Assembly (NCBI GenBank): GCA_964187785.1
Contig: OZ076413.1
Span: forward strand, 43,650,001 to 43,714,000
DNA from: Amphiscolops sp. MND2022
Lineage: Eukaryota
Length of the DNA stretch: 64,000 nucleotides
Reading direction: 5' to 3'
Made by a program: the position numbers and the translations under genes. Under the pieces are notes generated by a model that saw nothing but the letters and a program-made list of their open reading frames with translations, ran no database searches and had not been told where the DNA came from. Of this stretch, positions 23,723-36,195 are shown in pieces. Positions within the stretch are counted from its first letter, which is position 1. Every line of letters begins with the position of its first letter.

Positions 23723-26206
23723 ACACTATATCAGTGGCCAAACGAGCACTAGCAACTCAGACGTCGCTTCTGGTGGGATTTCAGAGAGTGCGGGGGCTGC
23801 TCAGTCACTATCAGCTCTCTATTCGTTTCGGTGAGGACTTAAGAAAATTGTGATTGGCTATGTCCTCAATTTTTCGAAATGCGTTCTAGGGGTTGTAGGC
23901 TGCTCAAAGTTGCACAGCGCTTTCTCACAAGCGCACTGGGCCAGAAAATGGACCTGGTTTAGGGCAGAAAATCTCCGGTCACTTACAGGAAGAATTTCAA
24001 GGAATTTTTGGATTTTCCAAAAATCGCACCACAAGACTCAAGAGGCTCGTGTGTGCGCTAGAAGCGCCGTATCAAGCCCAAAACTGACCAGCAGATCTTA
24101 GGTACACGTAGGTTTACGAAAATGAACACAGTTTTGAGCTGCGCGCTTTCTACACAGTTTCACCTAGATACAGACGTGCGGTACCACTATGTACTAAGAT
24201 GCACTGTTTTTCACGTCTTTTTCAAGATTGCGGTCCACTGGAAAGAGCTAGCAAGCTCAGATTCTCCGCAGCAACGTAAAAACTAGCACAAGTTACAATG
24301 ATGGGCTGCAATATAGCCTCACGCGTCGGCTAAGGTGCCCGGGTTACTTGGAAAAACTAAGAACAATTTGCCTTTTTGCGCACTTTTTTGGGCTCCACGT
24401 TTTTCCTATTTTCTCGACAAGTATCACACAAATCGGCACCAAACTTGGTAGTCTATGCCAGTGGTCACCTACAATGCCACTGATATGGTCGAATTGAAGT
24501 GCGAGCGCTTATTTGAGGTTTCGACCCACTATGTACATTATACACGAAAAAACACTGTTTTTGACTACTTTTTTCACAATTTGACAAAGAGGATCACCTC
24601 AGGAAGTGATACGGCGGGCAAAATGGGACCAACGTGTTGCCCCACTATCCGTAGCACTGGGATAAACCCTCAATTGATTGTGCCCGTTAGGTATAAGGCA
24701 CTGACAGTCCGGCAGTTTTGGACTTTTTCGGTCCTTTTATGCTTTTCTGAAGTCGAAACGTCAGAGAGCTTTTCTCGAATTTGGTAACCGATACGCTCAC
24801 CAAATTTTTGGCACTAACGTTAATTTTTGTGGTGATTACGAAAATGCAACCACTTTTTGGCTAGGGTTCAGGAATCGATGACCCGACCCTAGTCTGGAGA
24901 CAGTCCGGTTTAGTGGTAAATTGATCAAATTCAGTGCGTTTTTCCACTTTTCTCGACACTGAATGGGAATTTTTACACGCGGTTTTCACCACAATGCGTT
25001 ATTTTTACTATAAAAACAGAAAATGAGAGTGTTTGGAGCCGCTCTGTTCAATTAGACTTCGCTCCCAAGACTTTCAGACAATGCACTTTCTATGCCTGAA
25101 AACGCCTCAAATCACAGGTTTTTTACACCGTGTCAGCCCCGGGCTGCCTGAATCTGCTACAAAAGTTGCAGTTAGTGTCCTGTGGGTTGGTTACGCTTGC
25201 AAAAACACCGTACACTGCTTTTCCACGCTTCTACACAAGTGTACGCCTGTGCTTTTGGGTGCCTTTTAGGCCAAATTTTCAATTTTTTGCAATTTTCTGG
25301 TACTAAATCGACACTTTTATCACAACTAGAGGTTTGAATACTGCCTCTCGTGCCTTGCACCAGCTTTCTCGAGCCTTGTAGCTGCTTTTCACAACACTTT
25401 TCACAAAGTTTTCCTGGTTTTCCTGGAGTGCTCGAAACCAAGAAAAACACCAAAAAAAACGCAAAAATGAGGTTTTTTTGCTCGAGTGCCATCTTTTTCG
25501 CAGAAAAGCACTTCATAGGGTGTCGTTACATTTGCGATAGAACATCACTGACCTGCACCAACAATTCTCCGTCAAAAAAGGTGCATTTTCAAAATTTTCG
25601 CCAACCATGAGCCATTTGAGCGACACGTCTGGTCACAGGGGGTGCATCTTCTCCACGCTTTTTCTCCACATCTAGACCAGACAGAGACACGCAGTTTGGA
25701 CCATTAGCACCGTCTGCTGTTGCAATTGCTGTCCACCAAAAAATCATACCTCTAGGACGTCTCCACGAGAAATGGGAGTAGAAAGTAGACAACACACAAA
25801 TTGAATCTTCCCTCGCCTCGCTGGCTCATGGCCGATCATCCACCAGTTACCATCTTGCATGGCATAAAATGGCTAAAAATAGCTCACAAAACCTGTTAAA
25901 CACCCGCAGCCACGTGCTACGGTCTTCTGTACCTGCAAAAAGATGCCCGCTGATGGGTACATGACACATCACACAAAAATAGCGATTTTCTTCTAAAACA
26001 CCTAAAAATGTCATTTTCACACCTGAAAACGTGATTTTCTCGGGTTTTCTCTGGTTCAACGCTTCTCCCAGTTCCAGTAGATTGTCACACGACTAAAAAA
26101 GGACAAACTCTGCTTCTCTCTCCTTTTCCAGAGTCGAAACGGGCTTGGCGCTGATCACCAGGGGGCCAGATCTTTTAAAAACCGCTCGGGAAAGCTTCCC
26201 AAGACG

Positions 26207-26224
26207 ATCCCTCTGTGGTCGCCA
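26207..26224 (-). promoter_or_regulatory. PBS of element A, tRNA-Arg-like
   Basis: Minus strand TGGCGACCACAGAGGGAT, 15 nt after the LTR end at 26240. Confidence 0.8.
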
Positions 26225-26239
26225 AAAAATGAGGTTCTA

Positions 26240-26984
26240 TGTAACGATAAGCGCCGGCGCTTGAACCGCAACGTAGAGTAGAGGAACTAGAACAGCGAAA
26301 ATAATCTGGGACTTAGGTCTCCGCGGCCCTAGCTCATTTTCCCTCCGAAGGAGCCAGTCCCAAGGTGGGGGAACCGTCTTGTAAGAAACTCTCTGGCCTG
26401 GTCCCAGTCTGTAACTGCTAAAAGTAACAGGCATCTTGCATAACTCAAGACCACTGCTCAACTAGCCTTTAAAAAGGGGGCTGGAAACAAGAGGAGGTTG
26501 AGCCATAGTATTGGAGAATCTGATAAAATCGACATATCCAAATAGGTAAATATAGATGTTCAAGGGCAGCTCTCGAGCATATCAATCTACATCAAAGAGA
26601 AAAACAACAAAATTAACAGTTTGAGTCATTTTGGTAGAAATTGACCTTGGCTCCCAGCGCTAACGCTCGTCACCACACAGGACACTGCAAGGATACTCAG
26701 GCGAACATCTGGAACACGGGTTTCCGGTACTATAGTAGTGTCGATCTCTTGGGATGGGCACAATACCGTGTTTTTCAGACAAAAAGTACGTCTTTTTGGT
26801 CGTTTTCTTGCGTTCGCTCTTCGCGGGCGGCAATTTCTGCTTTTCTGGGGTGCTTTTCTGGCAGGTACTTCATCTTGAGCATGTTTGAGTGCCACGTCAG
26901 ATTTGAACGAATTTTTGGCAAAATTTCTGAACATGTCGAGTTGCAACATCGGTGGATATTGCTGTACCAGAGCTTGCCGTTACG
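26240..26984 (-). repeat. 5' LTR of element A
   Basis: Direct repeat of 8412-9156. The outer end reads GTTACG on + instead of GTTACA. Confidence 0.95.
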
Positions 26985-27866
26985 TTTTGTAGGTTCCCAA
27001 GCTAATTTTCCATGATTTTATAAAATTCTCAAAGAGACGTCCATGCTTTAAAACTTCACTGATTCAATTTAATTTTATCACGATGCCTATAAGATGCATC
27101 CTTAATTATGGTGGCAATTCTGCGCCGCAAAGTTTTGCAGGTTTCATTAAGACGCCGTTCTAATTTTGAAAGCAGCTGAGACCGTCGTCAATTTAACCGC
27201 GCTTTGAATTAAAATTAACTTCAGTCACATTGTTTCAAAAGTTTCAAAGTAGCTTCATACTCAGCTTGCTATTTGACTAACGGTGATTACATAAGTTACC
27301 TACTTGAGAAATTTACGCGTGAAAACAAAGTGATCGCAGCGGTGAAAAAGTGGAATTATTTTCAGTTTTAATTCAAACAGTGGAGGCTGCATTGTAATCG
27401 TACAAAATGTTTCCATGCAGACTCCCGGAGTTTTCCATGTTTTGTAAAAGAAATTAGCCTGCATGTTTCCATGCAGCATATAGAAAGTTCAAGCAATCAG
27501 TTTTATATCAGTTGATCAAGTACAACGTCCGTTTTTGATTGAAGATTTGTTTTTACATTTAAGATAGCTCCAATTTAAATGATTGGCACTAGCTTCTTTC
27601 AAAATTTTCTTTGAATTTTTTCACAAATATCACACTATTTTCGAAAGACAATTTTTTATTAAACATTCTCTTCTTGTTCGCCCATTAGTTGCAATTAACT
27701 GACTTCCCAGGTTTTCAATCTTTGCGAACCTGTAAAGATCTGCACGATTTTTCTGCAGGGTTCTGCAAAGATCGTTGCTCTGAATCTTGAAGATCCATAC
27801 AGATCTGCAAGACCTTTACAGAAGTGTGCAGATTTTCTCTAAAGATTTTTGCAGATATGGTCATTA

Positions 27867-28421
27867 CAGTGCACAGGCAAGCTATTTTGCTGTTTTCGTG
27901 GAATCCGGGACACGAAAATTGAGAAAAGTCGTGGAATCCAGGACAAATTTTCTCTTTGATGTTAAGCGTGTCTTTTGATTCCACGACAGTGCTTGTCTTG
28001 GATTCCACGCCAATACTAATTTTGTGTGATATTGGTGTGTTAAATTGAATCATTTTGAATTAATATACGAAAAGTAGTGCATAATATTATGTTTGTTCAG
28101 TCTTCCACTTGAATTTAATTAAAGAAGAGATGCCGCCTATCGCGTCAAGCATAAAGTCGTGGAATCCAGGAAATTTATGATTTCTGCAATCTGATTGGTT
28201 CATTTTGCAAAACTTACGTTTTTGTTGAATCCGGGACACCGCTGCATGCCCACAGTGCGTACCGCTAAGCATTTGTTACTGGAATCCACGACGAAAACCG
28301 TGGAATCCGGGACAAATGACGTAATTTGCCAATTTTGCACGGTTTAAGGTATGATCGTGGAATCCGAGATATTGAAAGCACAATGTTGCGCTTTGAGCAA
28401 ATAAGGCTTGCCTGTGCACTC
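27867..28421. mobile_element. Tc1/mariner-type MITE
   Basis: TIRs CAGTGCACAGGCAAGCTATTTTGCT / AGCAAATAAGGCTTGCCTGTGCACTC flanked by TA on both sides; internal repeated GTGGAATCC(G/A)GGA motifs. Confidence 0.85.
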
Positions 28422-30477
28422 TAATGGGGTTTTCTGCATCGTTTACGTTTTCATTCTGGATTCAATGTGATAGCCTGTACATTTTCTTTGTGTTCGCTTT
28501 TCTCAACTCAAGTGAAAAAAAATGAGGAGGAATACTGTTCTTTGGTGAAATATTCAAAACAAAATCAAGAAAGACGAAACTATACAGAATAAAAAATTCA
28601 GTTTTGGAACAGTGTGCTGTATTGAAGAAAAGATGTCACTAATTCGATGACATTGGAGGATGCCACTCCGAAAATGAAGCTTCCGACAGTTTGAAAAGTC
28701 CAGAAATTGAACAGCGCCAGCTTCCAAGGTTGCTTCGTATCAGCTGAGTGCCAGATGCTAACACAATGGAACTAATTCCAGGTAAACCTTCTGAAACATA
28801 ACAGGAGACATCCAGTGATTGACTATGACGTTGACCTAAGTGGGTTATAAGCAGAAACAAGGTAAAAACTTATAACAAAGCTTCGTTCGATGATAGTTTT
28901 CAAGTCTAGAGTATCGAATGCTCAACTTTCTGAAATGCATCGAAAGAAAATAATAATAATAATGATAATTATCAATCAATAGCCATTATTCTCAGAAAAC
29001 ATTTTTGTTTAGCTATTCTGTAACCCTATATGCATTCATATACTAGTTTTCGGATTTGTTGTGGCATTTTAGAGGGAAGTATTCGGAGGAAAATAACTTT
29101 GGGAAGAGTTGATACAAAGTGTTTACAAGTTTTGTGAATCTCAGTGAGAATCCTACCCAAAATAAGCAATTAGCAAAAATCTCGCGCAGCATCCGTAAAT
29201 TTTTTCAACGAGGCTATCGTGCGATTTTTGAAATGAGATGTTACTCTTTTGTCATATGTCTGCAGCTTCAAAAAAAATGATGCACCTTGTGAATTAAACG
29301 TTATCCAGAAATGTTTAATCTAATTTGGATTTCTTTATTTTCTCTACTGTCTCGGGGAAGTTTTTGTGTTTGCTAGGAAAAATTTTGCCATTTTTTACTT
29401 TTTACCATTTTGCAAACGCCCAAAATTTGACGTCAATCAGTTTGATATTCTAATGAGCTCTGTAGAAACACTTTAGGGTTCTATCATGCAATGCGGTAGT
29501 CTGGAATTTTTGAAGACAATGCTTTCGGTAAAAATATTGGTAAAAATATAAAAACATCGAACGTTTAAAATTTGTCGTTTATGAAAACTTTAGAAATTGG
29601 ATGGAAAACTCAGCGTTTCCTGTTCAATTAGGTCTTTGCTGCAAACAAATTTTAGCAAAGAACATTTTTGTGGTGTTTCTTTTAAACTCGTATCTTTTTT
29701 GTTTTGTTTTCAACATAGCGTGTGATGCCAACCTGTATTAATCAACTTTTTGGAGAAGACAATTGAAGAACTTTTCCCGTTGCTTTTACTTGTGGCTAGA
29801 AGCGCATTGTTTGTTTCTAAGCCGTTTTCCCAGTTCTCATTCTATTATACATTTTTGATGAAGTTCTGGTATATAGGATGAGTGGGGAAACTATATTTCT
29901 TGAAGACGCATTTCTCAATTTTCTATTGAAGTTGTTCCTCTTTACTTTCCTAAGCTACCCTAATACTCAACATTCTTTTTTCAATGAAAGTGATGGTAGT
30001 GTTTGGTGTCTTTAAAGTCTGTATTGAAAGTTGTATCTTAGTGGTCTAACTAAGATTTGAAAGGATAACCGAGAATCAATAGCGATTAGTACTTCAAAGT
30101 ACTGATATCTCAGTCTAAATTACATTACGTATTCTAATCTAAATAATAGCCCCTCTAAACCGATCATCGCCAGTCGGTAAATATTCTATAACAGGGTACC
30201 GGTCTCAAGGAGTATTAGAGTTCATTAGAGTTCAAGTTTCATTATTTTCTCTACAACAAATTATGTGTTTTTTAGCGCCACCAAAATAATTCTTCGACAT
30301 TTCTACAAAATCCTGAAACTTTGGAATATACTATCTGGCTCAGCTCGCTATATCCGAAATTTTGAAGTTATATCCAAAGTAAATTTATTAGGACGAGGCG
30401 GAGGTTCGAATCTTATTGGCTTCGAAGTTTCATTTCCTTCTAAAATTGAAAGAAAAGCACATTTTATCTGAGAGAGA

Positions 30478-33400
30478 TGTCGCAGGCTGCCACCTGTGAT
30501 CTTAATTTATTTTATGTTCCTTTGCCTGTCGTCTTGGACAGCCAGTCCGGTTGAATTTAGACCAATCATATTGCAGTATTAATCTGAGTGCTCTGAATTA
30601 TTGCTTTCATATAATGAACACGATGGCCGTTCACCGCTTGTCAACTAATAAACCAGTACGTTTGCGGCAGTCGGACATTGAGTCCCAATTTAGAATTTAA
30701 GTGCTGTTAACTTTCATTGAAAGGCCATTCACGGCTGTTCACCTAAATAAATCTTTCACTTATTGCAAGTGGACAGCTAGTGCGGTTAAATATTAACCAA
30801 TCACAGCGCAGTATTTGTTTGAGTATTTTAATTCAGTACTGTAGTTATTGGACATGATGGCCATATGCAGCTTGTTCTAGTATAATGATGCTTCATTTAT
30901 GGCTGTGGGACATCCAGTCTCAAATTAAATCAAAGTACAAGATTTCTGAAATGAATGATTTGGTATGGCCCTTATGGTCTGATGGAAGTATTTGTTCATA
31001 ATCATAGACCTATGAAATCGTTGCTGGAAATTGCGTGCCCTATATAAAATTGGACAAATTGTCCTTACCCCCTTTTGGCATCGCCTTAAAGGTAAAATGA
31101 CCAATATTGAGTGTAAAATTGTTCACTGTTATGGCCTATACATATTTTGTGGCCCTTATGGCCCAGTGTTATATGATGATACATGAAAGTATTATTTCAT
31201 TATCTAGAATTACATGTGGTCACGTTACAGTTATTAATATTACGTTGATGTAGACCGTGAGGTTGCATAAACAATTTGTGCTGACAAGGCTTTCATGCTA
31301 TTATTAGGATGACGAATTACGTCACCAGATATTTGTAGTGACACGCTGTATCATTTAGTACTAATTTTAGATATTGTGTTCTAAAAATAGTTTCATGACT
31401 TTCCATATTTTGTTGGTCATGCATATTTTAGTATAAATACTCGGGACACCTAGTCTTGTGGACACAATTTGATTTGTAACCCTATTAATGAGACCAATGG
31501 TCAAACTCACTTTATTTTTTCATAAGAGAAGTAATTGACTTCTTTCCCTACAAATACTTTCTTCAACAAGAAGACAAAAGACTGAACCAGACGTTCTAGA
31601 GAATACGGCTAATAGCCTTTCAAGATAATATACGTAAGGCGGAAAGCCGGATTCGTTAGTCATTTACTTCGTATCTTGTGCTATACATTTATGTGTTGAT
31701 GTGGTAATTTGTTGCCTTCAAATAGAAGGCCGGTAACAGCAGACTGTCGGCTACGGCCTTAATCGTCATTCAATAGCAGGTGCTGTTTACTTGTATTTTT
31801 GAATGCTAGTATAATGCAGTACTTCATTCATTTACTATAGCTGTAATTCAATGACCGAGTACGGCCATGCGCCGTAGACAGCCAGGCAGTTGCGGGCGCT
31901 TGGACGACAAGGCCTTATTAATACACAACTTTGATGCTTCTGTTTCTTGCGCTGTATTATTAATGTTCAAATGTCTATTGGCTTGGCGTGGTGAACCACA
32001 GGTCCAAATTTAGACTGACCAATCAGAAGCGCTTGTATGTTTTATATTATTAGTGCTGTGAATAAATACGTGCAGGTGCTCAAATAAATTAAATGCCGAG
32101 TACGGTCATGCGCTGTACACAGCCTGGCGTAGTGGACCACAGGTCCTTAATTTAAATCATCCAATCACATGCCGCCATTCAGTGCTGTTATTAAGTGTAC
32201 GCAGTAAATAGAATTGAAGGCCACGCTGGCCATGCAACATTTAGTTTCGTCCTAATAGGACGGAGAGCCATTGTGGCTTTCGTTCATTTGAAGCGATGCG
32301 CGATGCTATTAACTTGTCAATTACTGTGCTACTATGAAGCAGCTGAAAAGTATTTTATTCAAAAGTTGTCGATGCTTTGAGACCAGTGCTTGATGTCCCT
32401 TGGCCATTAAGGCCAAAGACAGTCCACCAATCCTTGATATTAGTAAAACAGTCCCCACCCGAATTTTATCCATTCACCTGTATTAAAGGATATGATGGCC
32501 ATAAGCCAAAACCACCTTTGTTTTCATGCAGATTATTATGAAACCATGACACATGTATTATTAGTGTTGCAAAATGTTGTGGACATGAAGGCCATACAGT
32601 TTGTTACTTCTATACATATAAATTGTTTTCCTTACAGCAAATAAAATGATTGCAATGTGTTTCGGACATCATTTGAAAGACCTATTGCTCTAATGACCAA
32701 AGCCGGACGGCACAGTAATCTATCAAGAGATGAAGACGACCACATGGACTGTGTCAGTGGGGGATCAGTGGGAGACGTACTTTCATCATCAGATGAAGAC
32801 TCGGAAGAAATTGAGTTAATGTCCAAATGCAATGAAAAGGAATTGGACGATCCAATCCCAATACCGACCTCAGAACAGCAATAATGAATTGCTCAGATTG
32901 TGTGGTTTGTGGCAAGCCCGTTCAACAAATCCAGAGTGAAGCTGCTAATGACTATTTGGCCAGGACGATAATACCAAATGTCACCCTAGCAAAGACAGAG
33001 GCTAGGAGAAAGACCTTTTTGGACGGTATGTGAGCAAGGACGTTTCTCCTTATGCCAGGGAAGTGTCGTAGGCTGTCACCTGTTATCTTAATTTATTTTA
33101 TGTTCCTTTGCCTGTCGTCTTTGACAGCCAGTCCGGGTGAATTTAGACCACTCATATTGCAGTAAGTTTCTGAGTGCTCTGAACTATTGCTTTCAATTAA
33201 TGGACACGTTGGCCGTTCATCGCTTGTCAACTAATGAACCAGTACGTTTGCGGCAGCCGGACATTGAGTCCCAATTTTGATTTTAAGTGCTGTTAACTTT
33301 CATTTAAAGGCCATTCATGGCTGTCCACCTAAATAAATCTTTCACTTATGGCAAGTGGACAGCATGTGCGGTTAAATATTAACCAATCGCAGCGCAGTAT

Positions 33401-34701
33401 TTGTTTGAGTATTTTAATTCAGTACTGTAGTTATTGGACACGATGGCCATATGCAGCTTGTTCTAGTATAATGATGCTTCCTTTATGGCTGTGGGACATC
33501 CAGTCTCAAATTGAATTAAAGTACAAGATTTCTGAAATGAATGATTTGGTATGGCCCTTATGGTCTGATGGAAGTATTTGTTCATAATCATAGACCTATG
33601 AAATCGTTGCTGGAAATTGCGTGCCCTATATAAAAGTGGACAAATTGTCCTTACCCCCTTTTGGCATCGCCTTAAAGGTAAAATGACCAATATTGAGTGT
33701 AAAATTGTTCACTGTTATGGCCTATACATATTTTGTGGCCCTTATGGCCCAGTGTTATATGATGATACATGAAAGTATTATTTCATTATCTAGAATTACA
33801 TGTGGTCACGTTACAGTTATTAATATTACGTTGATGTAGACCGTGAGGTTGCATAAACAATTTGTGCTGACAAGGCTTTCATGCTATTATTAGGATGACG
33901 AATTACGTCACCAGATATTTGTAGTGACACGCTGTATCATTTAGTACTAATTTTAGATATTGTGTTCTGAAAATAGTTTCATGACTTTCCATGTTTTGTT
34001 GGTCATGCATATTTTAGTATAAATACTCGGGACTCCTAGTCCCGGGACACAGTTTGATTTGTAACTCTATCAATCAGACCGATGGTCAAACTCACTTTAT
34101 TTTACCATAAGAGAAGTAATTGACTTCCTTCCCTCAAATACTTTCTTCAACAAGAAGACAAAAGACTTAACTAGACGATCTAGAGAAATGGACATGAGGT
34201 CCAATGTCAACAACAGGGACATGATTCTTAGTGGAATCAGTTCAAATTCTATAGAAAGTAAATTTGAGATCTTTATAATTCATTCTCTCGGCCAAGGTGA
34301 CACCGAGGCTATTCTTTCTTACAAAATTCCGTCACAGCAAATTGAGAATAGAAACATTGGCTGTAGAATTGAAACCACTAGGTCAGATGGACACTTAGAG
34401 TCTATGGAAATGTTATCAGAGGAATTGAATCTCAGGTTATCGCAAGTAACGGATTCCCTTATGAACATCCTACAAGTCCAGATAACTAGAACGATCAATT
34501 CTGCCATCAATGATAGAGTGATCCCAGAGCTTCAAAATGCTATGGGTACGCTGTCTTCAGGACAGAGGGACACTGAGTCTGGTTCGTCACCAAATAATCA
34601 GGAAGATAGAGAAGGATCAAGTCGGCTTCAAACTAAAACTACAAAAAAGGACTCAAGGTCCGCCTGTGATTTAAGAGGCACAGAGGGCCTTAGTCCCTAC
34701 A
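30478..34701 (+). mobile_element. Element B: internally deleted LTR retrotransposon (truncated 5' LTR 30478-~31603, internal remnant, complete 3' LTR 33064-34701)
   Basis: TGTCG...CCTACA termini; 5-bp TSD AGAGA (30473-30477 / 34702-34706); ~1.1-kb direct repeat; purine run AGGGAAG before 33064. The LTR start matches the LTR at 42703 (-). Confidence 0.85.
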
Positions 34702-34715
34702 AGAGAATCTATTAA
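34188..34715 (+). CDS. N-terminal gag segment encoded within the LTR of the B/D family (175 aa)
   Basis: Clearly homologous to 52905-53541 (-): NLRLSQ..DS, INSAINDRVI/ISSALFDRVI, RDTE, KDSRS..DLR.TE...PY. Confidence 0.7.
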   Translation: MDMRSNVNNRDMILSGISSNSIESKFEIFIIHSLGQGDTEAILSYKIPSQQIENRNIGCRIETTRSDGHLESMEMLSEELNLRLSQVTDSLMNILQVQITRTINSAINDRVIPELQNAMGTLSSGQRDTESGSSPNNQEDREGSSRLQTKTTKKDSRSACDLRGTEGLSPYKRIY

Positions 34716-35323
34716 TAAGAGAATCCTTGACGCTTATACCTTTCATGAGCTTCATTCGGCCCCGCGACTCATGCCGTTCCCGGTTCCTTCTGATTCCCTA
34801 TGAAATTAACTCTTCGGCTATTGAATTTGCAGCTCTGCCCGGGTTGACCCTATTTTAGCAGCTAGGCTTTCTTGGCAAGATCTTATCAAATTCTTACTAC
34901 ATTTTGGCAAACATGGATCCCATGGAGATGTTCCTATTAAGATCTTAATAAGATAATACGTTATTCCAAGATCGTGTCGATGAACGTCACGATGAAGAAA
35001 ATTCTAAGATTATAAAAACACTATATCTTCGGTACAAGCAGCCGAGACTCAATCTAAAGGCTCATTTCTCCAAACCACGACTATTTCTACTCGTTTTAAT
35101 CATCAAAATGCTTCAACCTGCTGATCCAAATTTGCATGCAAAATCGCGTGAAAAATTACGATAACGTATTCTGGCTTCCGAAATTCTGAGAAGAGTCCTA
35201 AAAACTCCTCATCTGTTTAGGACTGAGAAATGCGAATTTACCAAATGAAAGCTCGTTTCAAGGACGTTTCAAAACTTGTAACAAGACAAATTGTTGTGAT
35301 AAACTTATTAAATAGTTTCATAT

Positions 35324-36184
35324 TTGAACTGGACCACTGGCACCGATGCACCTAACTGGGACTGGTTCCGAGCGTTGGACGATGAGACGAAACTGAGGCT
35401 GCTCTGCGGAGTCAAGGAGGAGAACAAGTTCATCAGTCAAGCCCTAACAACTTCTCAAAACCAGGTTAACTCGCTCCTAAATAAAACTTCTGTTGATAAA
35501 ACTCCTCCACCAAGAAAAGGAACAACTCCAACAATGAAAAGCAAGGAGTTTCCTGATCGAAAGCACCTCTCTCTGCCTAGAGATGATTTTACAAATTTGT
35601 TGATAGGGGATTTAATTACGAAAAGAATAAATACAAATGAATTGTCTTCCTCAAGTGTTGTTCGTGGCTACGGTGGTATTACTGTTGCAGGGCTCCTGGA
35701 ACGAGTGGTTAACACCAGAAAGAAGAACATACCACATATCCAAGTATCAGTTGGAATCAATGATGTTCTCCAGCCAACTTTCAACCAACAGAGAACAATG
35801 GATGAACTAGAAGGCTTGGTTTACACTGTCAACGAAAAGTTTTCACTGACTAGTATCTCTGTTTCATGTGTGCTACCTGTTAATTACCGCTATAGTTCCA
35901 AAAATCCATTGATTGCAAAATTTAATGCTCAAATCCAAAAGCAACTAAAGTGTATGAAGTTCCCTAATGATGTCAATGTACAGACCCTTCATATATCGAA
36001 AGACTTTGATAATATACAACACTTGACCGCCGATGGTCTTCATCCCAATTTACTCAAAGTAACTCAACTTGTACAATCCTATCGTACTTCACTTGCTGCT
36101 TTTAACGTTGATATTTCTTCTTTACCTATCGCAATTCGTCCTCCGCATTTTTCTCGGAAAAACATTGGTCTCCAAATTTCATAA
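35324..36184 (+). CDS. LINE ORF1 with short coiled coil and SGNH/GDSL esterase domain
   Basis: LLIGDLI (block I, Ser replaced by Leu), RGYGG.TV (block II), VSVGIND (block III), DGLHPN (block V). Esterase ORF1s are known in CR1/L2 elements. Confidence 0.85.
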   Translation: MNWTTGTDAPNWDWFRALDDETKLRLLCGVKEENKFISQALTTSQNQVNSLLNKTSVDKTPPPRKGTTPTMKSKEFPDRKHLSLPRDDFTNLLIGDLITKRINTNELSSSSVVRGYGGITVAGLLERVVNTRKKNIPHIQVSVGINDVLQPTFNQQRTMDELEGLVYTVNEKFSLTSISVSCVLPVNYRYSSKNPLIAKFNAQIQKQLKCMKFPNDVNVQTLHISKDFDNIQHLTADGLHPNLLKVTQLVQSYRTSLAAFNVDISSLPIAIRPPHFSRKNIGLQIS

Positions 36185-36195
36185 TTTGTTTCTCC

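Larger units (their letters stand above)
8412..26984 (-). mobile_element. Element A: giant (~18.6 kb) Ty3/Gypsy LTR retrotransposon, full length but mutated
   Basis: Paired 745-bp LTRs; TSD GTTTT (8407-8411 / 26984-26988) or TTTT; PBS and PPT present; domain order Gag-PR-RT-RH-IN; extra ORF downstream of pol. Confidence 0.96.

Noticed and set aside
10107..23834. Many + strand ORFs opposite gag, pol and ORF3
   Set aside because: Antisense shadows of GC-rich coding sequence.
24455..24787. Antisense ORFs in the leader shared with element C (60964-61224; also 23850-24101 versus 61579-61833)
   Set aside because: Lengths and stops differ between copies, and similarity simply follows DNA identity. 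No coding evidence.
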